From assembly GCA_051985455.1 (NCBI GenBank), contig JBPYEI010000042.1:12088-76087 (forward strand): DNA of 64,000 bases. The letters are read 5' to 3'. How positions within the stretch are numbered: the stretch's first letter is position 1; each line of letters opens with the position of its first letter. The stretch comes from Acidimicrobiales bacterium. Its GTDB lineage: Bacteria; Actinomycetota; Acidimicrobiia; Acidimicrobiales; AC-9. The notes under the pieces are model-generated. The model was not told the DNA's origin, searched no databases, and was given only the letters and a program-made list of their open reading frames with translations. Positions 19,149 to 27,989 of the stretch are shown in pieces. Position numbers and translations under genes: made by a program.

Positions 19149-20355
19149 TTGCCCTGCTCGCCTACGGCGCGACGGCTGGCTCTCTTCGTGCTCGTGCTCT
19201 CTCTCGTAGGCATCATCGGCTGCACGAGCGGCGGCTCGGGCGCTCCCACCCACCAGGGGAGTCAGCCATCGGCAGCGCCCATCGGAGTGGTCGACCCCGC
19301 GCCCCCGGAGCAGGCGCCAGTGCTGGCGGCCATGCGCGTCCAGCGCTCCCAGGTGATCGACGGGTACCGGTTCTGGATCGGCACCATCGATGGTGTCGCC
19401 GTCGTGGACGTCGGGAGCGGGGAGATCGACGAGAGCGCCGAGCTGGCCACCTATCTGCTCGACACCAACTTTCATCCGCGGCTGGCGCTGCTGTCCGGCA
19501 CCGCCGGTGCCCAGAACGCCGCCATCAACGTCGGAGACGTGGTCCTGAGCGGCTACGTCGTCGACAAGTCGTCCATCCACTTCCAGCAGGGCGGGTACCA
19601 GAGCCCCTACTACGGGATCGAGATCCATCTGACGGAGCACTCGGACATCGCCGGGACGGTCATCGACCACGTCTCCCGTCCATACCCCGATCCCAACAAT
19701 GCTCAGACCTATGGGTCAGGGCCCTCGGCGTCGGATGCCAAGTGGGCGTTCGTCGACGCCCTCCCGGGGTCGCACGACGCGCTCACCGTGGCCCAGGCCG
19801 CCGGGCCGGCGCTGGCGCCCACGCCGCTGACGACTGCCACGGGGACCCCCCAACCGGGCGGGAGCGTCGTGAACAGGGTGGTGAGCGGGGTCATCGGCCA
19901 GGCCGACGTGTGGACCGAGCCGCTGTCGTGGATCGCGGCGCAGAACTTTTCTGTACCAGACCGACGCAGAGGAGAACGAGGGCAGCGGGTTCGCGTTCAG
20001 CAACGCCCAGCTCGAGGTGCCGTGGCTCATCGTTCGGGGCATCTCCGACACGCCGTGGCCTCCCCAGGCTGACGACAGCGTCCTGGGCGCCCAGCACGCC
20101 GCCACCGTCGTGCGCTACGTGATCGGTCATCTCCCCCAGCAGCTGCACCGGGTGCCGACGAGCACCACCGACCTCTCCCACGTGGCCAACGCGCGAGTTG
20201 CCGGTTATCTCGTCGCCACCAAGGCATACTTCGGTGTGGGTCCGGTGACCCAGGTCGAGTATCGCGACGCCGGCGGCCAGCCGGTCACCCTGCCGGGTGC
20301 CAAGCTGGCCGAGCTCCACGAGTACACCTACCAAGCCAGCAAGCTCGGCCCGTGA
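19149..20355 (+). pseudogene. Lipoprotein of the MTA/SAH nucleosidase (PNP_UDP_1) superfamily, frameshifted near 19950
   Basis: Signal with IIG-C lipobox; LLSGTAG..INVGDVV. Removing one T from AACTTTTCTG restores NFLYQTDAEENEGSGF..PWLIVRGISD. Confidence 0.75.
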
Positions 20356-20404
20356 CCGGATCGGAACAGAAGTGCCTTGACCGGCGGAGTACAAGGGGGA
20401 AACG

Positions 20405-20965
20405 GTGGGAACGCAGCGATGGCTGACGGCGGTGGTCAGCGCCGGCTTGGCTCTCGCCGCCTGCAGCGCCAGCCACGGCACCTCGAGTCAGCACACGACC
20501 ACTCCACCGTCAGCCGCCCCGGCCGGAGCCAACCCCTGCGCTCCTGCCAGCTGTGGAGCGAACGTGAACGGCTCCACCACGACCACGACGCGTGCGAACG
20601 CGTCCACGTCGCCCGCATCCAAGGCCTTGCAGGCGTGGGGTACGGCGAACCTGGCCAGCTTGCAGATGCTCAGCAACGAGGCGAGCCATCTCCTCGCCGG
20701 CGCGGGCAGCATCGACCAGGAGAAGCTGCTCTGCAGTCAACTGGGTGCCAGCACACAGGCAGCGCAGTCGGCACCGCCCCCGCCTGACGCCGCCACGGCG
20801 GCACGTCTCCACACGGCGCTGACCCAGCTCAGTCAGCTCGCCCGCGATTGTACGGCCGCCTTCGGCGGGAGCCAGCCCGCCGCCGCTTCCCGATTGATAT
20901 ATGAGGCAAACCAGGGTACGGCGGCTATCAACGAGGTCATCCGCGCGGTCAATGGACAACGGTAA
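20405..20965 (+). CDS. Hypothetical lipoprotein
   Basis: LAA-C lipobox, Thr/Ser/Pro linker and a helical domain with paired Cys. Confidence 0.65.
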   Translation: MGTQRWLTAVVSAGLALAACSASHGTSSQHTTTPPSAAPAGANPCAPASCGANVNGSTTTTTRANASTSPASKALQAWGTANLASLQMLSNEASHLLAGAGSIDQEKLLCSQLGASTQAAQSAPPPPDAATAARLHTALTQLSQLARDCTAAFGGSQPAAASRLIYEANQGTAAINEVIRAVNGQR

Positions 20966-21204
20966 CCGCCGGTCGTAGCCAGCAAAGCGATCGACACGGC
21001 CTCGATCCCCGTAAGGAATCCCGCAATCACGCGCGCGAGAAACATCGACGATCGCGCGCTGACATCTGTGTCAGCCCCGGACAAATTTGGACGAACTGGG
21101 CATTGCCAATGCCGCAATTGCTTTACCGTATCCGTAAATCCCTGTGAATCCTTTCTTCACTCGCGGGGTATGGGGGTCGACAAAAAAAGGGGCGGAGTGG
21201 GCGT

Positions 21205-22728
21205 ATGCGAGTATTTCCTCGCGCCCGGGGTGGCGCGGCCGCGGCAATAGGTCTCACCGTAGTGATGGTGATAGGGGGCATCACCGGAGTTACCCTGGGC
21301 GAGCTCGCCCTCACCCAAGCGGCAGCAACCCATCCCCAATTAGGCGGCAGCAACACTCATTCGCCCATCAAGGCCAAGCTGGCCTCCGTCGGGTCACCCT
21401 GCGCCCTCGGCAGCATCGGGGGCTACAACGGCTGGGGTATGCCCCTGCCGGCCGGCTACCTGGTCAACGGCACAGTCGACCAAGGCGTGGACTACGCCGC
21501 CCCTGGTGGCACACCGGAGTGCGCCATGGGAGACGGCGAGATCGTGGCCGAGGGGGGTCCGACCCTCGACGGGTTCGGGCCCTGGGCACCGGCGCTGCAC
21601 CTCGATGACGGCCCCCTTGCCGGCCAGACCGTGTACTACGGCCACGCCGGCCCCGACCTGGTCAACGTGGGCGACCACGTCGCCAGCGGTCAGCAGATCA
21701 CCGAGGTGGGCTACGGCATCGTCGGCATCTCCACCGGACCGCACATCGAGATCGGGTTCTACCCGCCGGGCCCCTTCGGCGCCGGCCAGGCCATGCTCGA
21801 CTACATCAACGCCGCCGGCCCCAGCGACAACTCGAGCTGCACGGTGTGGGATGGACCCCAGGGAGGCCACCAGGTCTGTGGCGCCATCCGCGACAAGTAC
21901 CTGGCGCTCGGAGGCGGCTACGTGCTCGGCGGACCTCTCACCGACGAGACCACCACGCCCGACGGCATCGGACGGTACAACCACTTCGCCAACGGCTGGT
22001 CGATCTACTGGACACCCGCCACCGGCGCGTGGTCGATCCACGGCGCCATCCGGGCCAGGTGGGCTTCCCTCGGCTGGGAGCGCAGCGTCCTCGGTTACCC
22101 CCTAACCGACGAGACCGGGACTCCCGACAGGATCGGTCGCTACAACCACTTCTCGCTGGCTGGCTCGATCTACTGGACGCGGGCCACCGGTGCCCACGAG
22201 GTCCACGGCGCCATCCGGGCCAAGTGGGCCTCCCTGCGCTGGGAGGCCGGCGTCCTCGGCTACCCGACGACCGATCAGCGCGTCACTCCCGACAAGATCG
22301 GACGGTACAACGACTTCTCGAAGGCGGGGTCGATCTACTGGACATCGACGACCGGAGCGGCAGAGATCCAGGGCCAGATCCGCGCCGAGTGGGCCTCCCT
22401 GGGCCGGGAGCGCAGCGTGCTGGGATATCCGGTCGCGGACGAGGAGGTGACGCCGAGCAAAGTTGGCCGGTTCAACAACTTCTCCTCGACCCACAGCCTC
22501 GCAAACGTGGACGGGTCGATCTACTGGAGCCCGACCAGCGGCGCCCACGAGGTGCACGGATTGATCCGGTCCACATGGGCCAGCCTGGGCTGGGAGAAGA
22601 GCAAGTGCGCCTATCCGATCAAGGACACGGTCAAGGTGCAGAACCCGCCGGGTCAGCAGAGCGCCTTCCAGGGAGGGACGATCACGCTCGACACCGGCTC
22701 AGGGCAGGTAACCGCGAACTGTCCTTAG
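21205..22728 (+). CDS. Secreted M23-like peptidase domain plus LGFP repeats
   Basis: Signal peptide; QGVDYAAPGGTP, YYGH, VNVGDHV and STGPH; about five LGYP/IYW/GAIRAKW LGFP repeats. Confidence 0.85.
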   Translation: MRVFPRARGGAAAAIGLTVVMVIGGITGVTLGELALTQAAATHPQLGGSNTHSPIKAKLASVGSPCALGSIGGYNGWGMPLPAGYLVNGTVDQGVDYAAPGGTPECAMGDGEIVAEGGPTLDGFGPWAPALHLDDGPLAGQTVYYGHAGPDLVNVGDHVASGQQITEVGYGIVGISTGPHIEIGFYPPGPFGAGQAMLDYINAAGPSDNSSCTVWDGPQGGHQVCGAIRDKYLALGGGYVLGGPLTDETTTPDGIGRYNHFANGWSIYWTPATGAWSIHGAIRARWASLGWERSVLGYPLTDETGTPDRIGRYNHFSLAGSIYWTRATGAHEVHGAIRAKWASLRWEAGVLGYPTTDQRVTPDKIGRYNDFSKAGSIYWTSTTGAAEIQGQIRAEWASLGRERSVLGYPVADEEVTPSKVGRFNNFSSTHSLANVDGSIYWSPTSGAHEVHGLIRSTWASLGWEKSKCAYPIKDTVKVQNPPGQQSAFQGGTITLDTGSGQVTANCP

Positions 22729-22758
22729 CAGGGACGTCGAAGGCCTGGGCCCTGCGGC

Positions 22759-23160
22759 CTACGCGCCGCGGTAGGTGCCGAGCGTCCACACGTTTCCCTC
22801 CGGGTCTTTGATGGTGAACCCCCGGGAGCCGTAGTCCTCGTCCTTCAGTCCCTGGAGCACCTCGGCGCCGTGGGCACGGGCTCGCTCGAACAACCCGTCA
22901 GGGTCGTCACACACGACGTAGATCGATACCGGTCCCTTCGGGAGCCCGGCATGGAGCTCGTCCCCCGGTTCCCGGTCGTCGCCGAGCATGACGCCGCCCC
23001 CGAGCGGCCATTTCAGCTCGGCGTGGTGGACGACACCGCCCTCCTCGACGACCAGTGTCTCCTCGAACCCCAACGTGTCCTCGAGGAACTTGATCAGGCC
23101 CTTGGCGTCGCGGCACCGGAAGGCGGGCCAGACGGTCGGATTGTTCGTGATGGCTGTCAT
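22759..23160 (-). CDS. VOC/glyoxalase family protein
   Basis: HAELKW, DEDYGSRGFTIKDPEGNVWTLGTY. Confidence 0.9.
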   Translation of the reverse strand: MTAITNNPTVWPAFRCRDAKGLIKFLEDTLGFEETLVVEEGGVVHHAELKWPLGGGVMLGDDREPGDELHAGLPKGPVSIYVVCDDPDGLFERARAHGAEVLQGLKDEDYGSRGFTIKDPEGNVWTLGTYRGA

Positions 23161-23164
23161 GGCG

Positions 23165-24004
23165 TCAGTATGCGCCGACGCCGCCAGGATCGTCTTGTAC
23201 GAATGGGAGCTCCTCCGCCATCCACGTAGTCGGCGTGCAGCCAGCGATCTCCCGCCACTCGCGGCTGAGATGGGCCTGGTCGTAGTAGCCGCTCCTCGCC
23301 GCCACGGTCGCCAGGCTGGGTCGCGGCGAGCTCTCCAGCAGCCGTCGCGAGCGCTCGAACCGAAGGACGCGCCCTGCCACCTTGGGCGCAAGGCCCAGCT
23401 CGCGTCGGAACAGCTCGCCGAGGTGACGGCGGCTGTAGCCGACGTCAGCCGCCAGAGCCGCGGTCTCGACGGTGCCGCCCGACGAGACCAGCTGCTCCCA
23501 GGCGCGGCTCACCTCGCGCGGAGGACCACAGCCCTCGCGCAGCCGCCGCACCAGGACCTCGTCCAAGACGGCGAAGCGCTCCCGCCAGCCCGGAGACGAG
23601 CACAGCCGGTCGACGACGCTGCGGGCGCTGGGGCCGAGGACGTCCTCCAGGTCCACCACCCCGTACGCCAGCTCCCCTGCCGGCAGCCCTAGCAGGGTGC
23701 GAGCACCGAGCGGCGTGAGATCGAGGGACACGCCGTGCTGGAAGCCGTCGTGGCGGATCTCCGCCGCGGCCGCATGCAGCCCGCCCACGAAGGCCTGGAA
23801 CCGACCGGGTGCTTGCGCCTCACCGGGCATGCGCGCGATGTCGACCGGCGCGTCGAGGCTGACGATGAACGTCAGATGGCGCGAGGGCAGCCCGCGATGG
23901 GTACCCGGCGGCCCGTCGATCAGGTACCCGCGATAGCCACCGACGATCGACCGCAACGGAGGCGCGGGGGTGCCCCGCACCATCTCGACCGTGGGCTCGC
24001 TCAT
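23165..24004 (-). CDS. AraC family transcriptional regulator
   Basis: GYSRRHLGELFRRELGLAPK and GYYDQAHLSREW helix-turn-helix region. Confidence 0.92.
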   Translation of the reverse strand: MSEPTVEMVRGTPAPPLRSIVGGYRGYLIDGPPGTHRGLPSRHLTFIVSLDAPVDIARMPGEAQAPGRFQAFVGGLHAAAAEIRHDGFQHGVSLDLTPLGARTLLGLPAGELAYGVVDLEDVLGPSARSVVDRLCSSPGWRERFAVLDEVLVRRLREGCGPPREVSRAWEQLVSSGGTVETAALAADVGYSRRHLGELFRRELGLAPKVAGRVLRFERSRRLLESSPRPSLATVAARSGYYDQAHLSREWREIAGCTPTTWMAEELPFVQDDPGGVGAY

Positions 24005-24228
24005 CTCGTCACCGTAGGTGACGGCACGGGAAGCCTTCGATCGTCACCGCCACGAGCCCCCCTCGGGCGGGATGTCGACCCCACCGTACCCCTCACCCGT
24101 CGGGGTGATCCGCTTGGGGCGTCCGCCATCACAGCCCGGAAACGCCGTTGGTTGGCGGGGTTCTCGATTCCATCTCGACGTGGTCAGCGTGGAACAATCC
24201 CGCACAAACACCGCGATACACGGAGACC

Positions 24229-24867
24229 ATGGATACCGCAAGGAGACCGTCGGCGATGATCCCGGAAGGCGCGCGACGCCAGAGGGACGACCTGGCCGAG
24301 CGCGTGCACCGGGAGGTACGCGCGCTCGTCGCCGCCAAGACCGAGGTACACGATCCCGCTCCCTCACCCGTCGCCGGTGCGCAAGGCCGACGACTCCATG
24401 TGCCGCTCATGGTTGTCGCTGGTGTCGCCGTTACGGGCGGGCTCATTCTCGGCGTCGGGATGACCGGTGGCGCGGCGCAGAAGGTCCACAGCACGCGTCT
24501 TGCCGGATCGAGCCCCGCCACCAGCGCGCCGCAAGCGGCGTCGGCAGCTCTCCCCACCCCGTCGTCGGCGGCGTCCTCGGTCACGTCGACGACGTCGACA
24601 GCTCTCTCGGGGTCGACCACTCCTTCCTCGACGTCGGCCAGGCGACCTCCCGGTACCACGACGACCAGCCCAGGGCCCCGCGACGCGGCAAACAGCGCAG
24701 CACCGAGCACATCGACGACCTTCGGTCCACCGACGACGTCGAGCCCACCGCCGACCTCGAGCCCACCGCCGACCTCGAACCCACCGCCGACCTCGAGCCC
24801 ACCGCCACCTTCGACGACGACCACTACCAAGCCGCCTCCGACCACCTCGACCACCGGCGGCAACTGA
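24229..24867 (+). CDS. Hypothetical single-TM protein with Ser/Thr/Pro-rich tail
   Basis: GGAG RBS before ATG; one TM segment then a low-complexity STP region. Confidence 0.6.
   Translation: MDTARRPSAMIPEGARRQRDDLAERVHREVRALVAAKTEVHDPAPSPVAGAQGRRLHVPLMVVAGVAVTGGLILGVGMTGGAAQKVHSTRLAGSSPATSAPQAASAALPTPSSAASSVTSTTSTALSGSTTPSSTSARRPPGTTTTSPGPRDAANSAAPSTSTTFGPPTTSSPPPTSSPPPTSNPPPTSSPPPPSTTTTTKPPPTTSTTGGN
24739..24806 (+). repeat. 18-bp tandem repeat (TCGAGCCCACCGCCGACC, about 3.8 copies)
   Basis: Directly visible; encodes SSPPPT repeats. Confidence 0.9.
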
Positions 24868-24902
24868 GCGCGGCGAGTGTGCGCTCGAACGAGCGCACGC
24901 CG

Positions 24903-26693
24903 TCAGCCCTTGCGAGGGGCGGGGCGGATACCCAGCTCGGCCAGCGCCCGGGAGTCGAGCGGCTTGGGCGCGCCGGTCATGGGGTCGAGCCCGGACTGGG
25001 TCTTCGGGAACGCGATCACCTCGCGGATGTTCTCCTGTCCCGCCAGGACGGCGACGAACCGGTCGATGCCCATGGCGAACCCCCCGTGCGGCGGCGCTCC
25101 GTACCGGAACGCTTCGAGCAGGAACCCGAACCGCTCCTCCGCCTGCTCGTCACTGATACCGAGGACGGCGAAGATACGCCGCTGCAGGTCGCCCCGGTGC
25201 ACGCGGATGCTGCCGGACCCGAGCTCCCACCCGTCGAGCACCAGGTCGTAGGCGAGCGCGCGCACGCGCAGCGGGTCCGACTCGAGCAGGGAGAGGTCCT
25301 CGGGGTTGGGCATGGTGAACGGATGGTGGGCGGCGACCGGTCGGCCGTCCTCGTCGAGCCCTTCGAACATGGGGAAGTCCACGATCCACACGTATCGCGC
25401 GCGGCCCTCCCCGACGGGCGGTCGACCGAGCTCGAGCCGCAACTGTCCCATCACTGTGCACGCCTGGCGATGCTCGTCGGCCACGGCCAGGATCAGGTCA
25501 CCGGGCTCGGCGTCGGCGGCGGCGACGATGCCGGCCTGCTCCTCATGGCGCAGAAAGCGCGACACCGGCGACTCGAGCTGCGGCCGCGTCGTGGCGCCGA
25601 CGCCATCAGCGCCGTCCCCGCCGGCCACCACCCGGGCCCAGACCAGCCCCTTGGCCCCCAGGCCCTTGGCCCGGTCCACCAGAGCGTCCAGCTGCGAGCG
25701 GCTGAGGCCCCCCTTGCCGGGCAGCCGCAACGCCTTCACCGCCGGAGCCCGGAGGGCCTTGAGCTCTGTCTCCGCCAGGACCGGCCCCAGGTCCACAAGC
25801 TCCATGCCGAAACGCAGATCGGGCTTGTCCGACCCGTAGCAGTCCATGGCCTCCGCCCACGTCATGCGCTCGGTGACCAGACGCTCCCGGCCGGTCGCGG
25901 CATGGTCGGCGTCGAGGACGGCCTGGGAGACGAAATCGATCACGTCCTCCTGACCTACGAAGGAGGCCTCGAGGTCCAGCTGGGTGAACTCGAACTGGCG
26001 GTCGGCCCGCAGGTCCTCGTCGCGCAGGCACCGCGCCAGCTGGTAGTAGCGGTCGAAGCCCCCGACCATCAGGAGTTGCTTGGCGATCTGGGGGCTCTGC
26101 GGGAGAACGTAGAAGGACTCCGGTTGGCGCCGCGACGGCACGGCGAACTCCCGCGCCCCCTCCGGTGTCGGGGTCCACAGCAGCGGCGTCTCCACCTCCG
26201 TGAAGCCCTGACGTTCCATCGCAGTCCGGATGGCGGCGTTGACGCGGGCCCGCAGTCGCAGGTTGAGCTGCATACGGTCCCGTCGCAGGTCCACGTACCG
26301 GTGCCGGAGCCGCAACACCTCGTCGGCGTCGATGCGGTCGGTGACAGGGAACGGCGGCGGGTCCGCAGCAGACAGGATCTCGACCTCGCAGTCGCCCACC
26401 TCGACCTCACCGGTCGCCAGCGCCGGATTGACGGTGCCTTCCGGTCGCAGACGCACCGTGCCGGCCACGGCGACGACGTACTCCGAGCGCAGATCATGCG
26501 CATGATCGACCACGCACTGCACCACGCCGGTGTGGTCGCGCAAGTCCACGAACGCCAGGTGCTCACCATGCTCGCGGCGGCTGGCCACCCAGCCGCAGAG
26601 GCGCACGTCCCGGCCGGCGTCGGAAGCGCGCAGCGTCCCGCAGTAGTCGGTGCGCCCTCCCACGGCCACCACGTCCACGGGCGACGAGCTCAT
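24903..26693 (-). CDS. aspS: Aspartate--tRNA ligase (probably non-discriminating)
   Basis: RTDYCG, TPEGAREF, LPQSPQ, RDEDLRADRQFEFTQLD, GAPPHGG and VIAFPK; RREHG His in the anticodon domain. Confidence 0.97.
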   Translation of the reverse strand: MSSSPVDVVAVGGRTDYCGTLRASDAGRDVRLCGWVASRREHGEHLAFVDLRDHTGVVQCVVDHAHDLRSEYVVAVAGTVRLRPEGTVNPALATGEVEVGDCEVEILSAADPPPFPVTDRIDADEVLRLRHRYVDLRRDRMQLNLRLRARVNAAIRTAMERQGFTEVETPLLWTPTPEGAREFAVPSRRQPESFYVLPQSPQIAKQLLMVGGFDRYYQLARCLRDEDLRADRQFEFTQLDLEASFVGQEDVIDFVSQAVLDADHAATGRERLVTERMTWAEAMDCYGSDKPDLRFGMELVDLGPVLAETELKALRAPAVKALRLPGKGGLSRSQLDALVDRAKGLGAKGLVWARVVAGGDGADGVGATTRPQLESPVSRFLRHEEQAGIVAAADAEPGDLILAVADEHRQACTVMGQLRLELGRPPVGEGRARYVWIVDFPMFEGLDEDGRPVAAHHPFTMPNPEDLSLLESDPLRVRALAYDLVLDGWELGSGSIRVHRGDLQRRIFAVLGISDEQAEERFGFLLEAFRYGAPPHGGFAMGIDRFVAVLAGQENIREVIAFPKTQSGLDPMTGAPKPLDSRALAELGIRPAPRKG

Positions 26694-27967
26694 GATCGGG
26701 CGCGCTCGAGCGCGTCCCGTACCGCCTTGGCCACCTCGTGGCGTGGGACCCGTTCCTCCTCGCGCTCGACCCTCAGCCAGTGCAAGGTCACGGTGCCGGC
26801 CGCCACCTCGTCGGGCCCGACGATCAGCGCCAGCTCGGCCCCGGACCGGTCGGCCGCCCTGAGCTGGGCCTTGGCCGAGCGCCGCTCCCACGCCCGATCA
26901 GCGCTCAGGCCGGCCCTGCGTAATTCGTCGGTAATGTCACGCGCCGCCGCGCCGTCGGTCAGGTCCACCACGAACGCGTCCAGCGATGGCGTAGGCGTGC
27001 GAAACACGCCCTCGGCGTCGCACGCCTGGAGCAAGCGCTCGATACCGATGGCGAAGCCGATGCCGGGCGTGGGAGGTCCGCCCAGGGCCTGCACCAGGTC
27101 GTCGTAGCGCCCACCGCCACCGATGCCGTTCTGGGCTGCCTCGAGGGCATGGGCGGCAAACTCGAACGCGGTGCGTGTGTAGTAGTCGAAGCCCCGCACC
27201 AGGCGGTGGTCGATCGTGTAGCGAATGCCGAGGGCGTCCAGTCCGAACCGGACGCGCGCGAAGTGCCCCTCGCAAGGTCCGCACAGCGCGTCCGACAACC
27301 GCGGAGCGTTGGCCGTGACCCGCACGCACGCCTCGTCCTTGCAGTCCAGCACCCGCAGTGGGTTGGCGGCGTAGCGCTCGCGGTGCTCGTCGCAGAGCTC
27401 ATCCTGGTGCTCTGCGAGATAGGCGCGCAGCGATTCGATGTAGGCGGGACGGCAGGTGCCGTCGCCCATCGAGTTCAGCTTCAGCTCGACGCGCCTGAGG
27501 CCGAGCCCCCCGAAGAACCGCGCCGCCAGGGCCACCACCTCGGCATCGAGGTCGGGGTCCTCCGTGCCGAGGGCCTCCACGCCGAGCTGGTGGTGCTGGC
27601 GGTATCTCCCCGCTTGGGGTCGCTCGTAACGAAACGCCGGCGTGACGTACCACGCCTTCCACACCACCGGCGGTCGCAGCTGCACGAACGCCCGGACGAG
27701 CGACGCCGTCCCTTCGGGACGGAGAGCGAGGTGACGGTCGCCTTTGTCCCGAAATTCGTACATCTCCTTGCTCACGACATCGGTGCCCTCTCCCATGCCG
27801 CGCACGAAGACCCCGACCTCCTCGAACATGGGACTCAGGACGAGGCCGTAGCCGGCCCGCTCGACCTCGCGCCCGAACGCCACCACGAGGGCCTCCCAGC
27901 GGGCGGAGTCCGGGGCCAGGACGTCGCGAGTCCCGGCGGGAGCCTGGAAGGCTTGCTGCTGGGGCAC
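26690..27967 (-). CDS. hisS: Histidine--tRNA ligase
   Basis: LRPEGTA, FRYERPQAGRYRQ, LVRGFDYY and GGGRYD. Confidence 0.97.
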   Translation of the reverse strand: MPQQQAFQAPAGTRDVLAPDSARWEALVVAFGREVERAGYGLVLSPMFEEVGVFVRGMGEGTDVVSKEMYEFRDKGDRHLALRPEGTASLVRAFVQLRPPVVWKAWYVTPAFRYERPQAGRYRQHHQLGVEALGTEDPDLDAEVVALAARFFGGLGLRRVELKLNSMGDGTCRPAYIESLRAYLAEHQDELCDEHRERYAANPLRVLDCKDEACVRVTANAPRLSDALCGPCEGHFARVRFGLDALGIRYTIDHRLVRGFDYYTRTAFEFAAHALEAAQNGIGGGGRYDDLVQALGGPPTPGIGFAIGIERLLQACDAEGVFRTPTPSLDAFVVDLTDGAAARDITDELRRAGLSADRAWERRSAKAQLRAADRSGAELALIVGPDEVAAGTVTLHWLRVEREEERVPRHEVAKAVRDALERARS

Positions 27968-27989
27968 GACCGCTCAGGTTAGTGAGGCC

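Noticed and set aside
19940-19960. Programmed ribosomal frameshift or phase variation
   Set aside because: Only a T4 run, with no slippery heptamer or clear stimulatory structure; mutation or sequencing error is simpler
20966-21204. c-di-AMP (ydaO) riboswitch before a wall hydrolase
   Set aside because: Conserved segments such as GGGGAACC and CCCGTCAGCTAAC are not visible
24739-24806. CRISPR-like repeats
   Set aside because: Head-to-tail 18-bp units without spacers, inside a coding region; no cas genes
24018-27107. 1029-aa plus-strand ORF, and similar long ORFs such as 7527-9611, 28071-30569 and 39377-41824
   Set aside because: Antisense shadows of aspS, ppk1, rel and pdxST; expected in high-GC DNA with few off-frame stops; no family motifs
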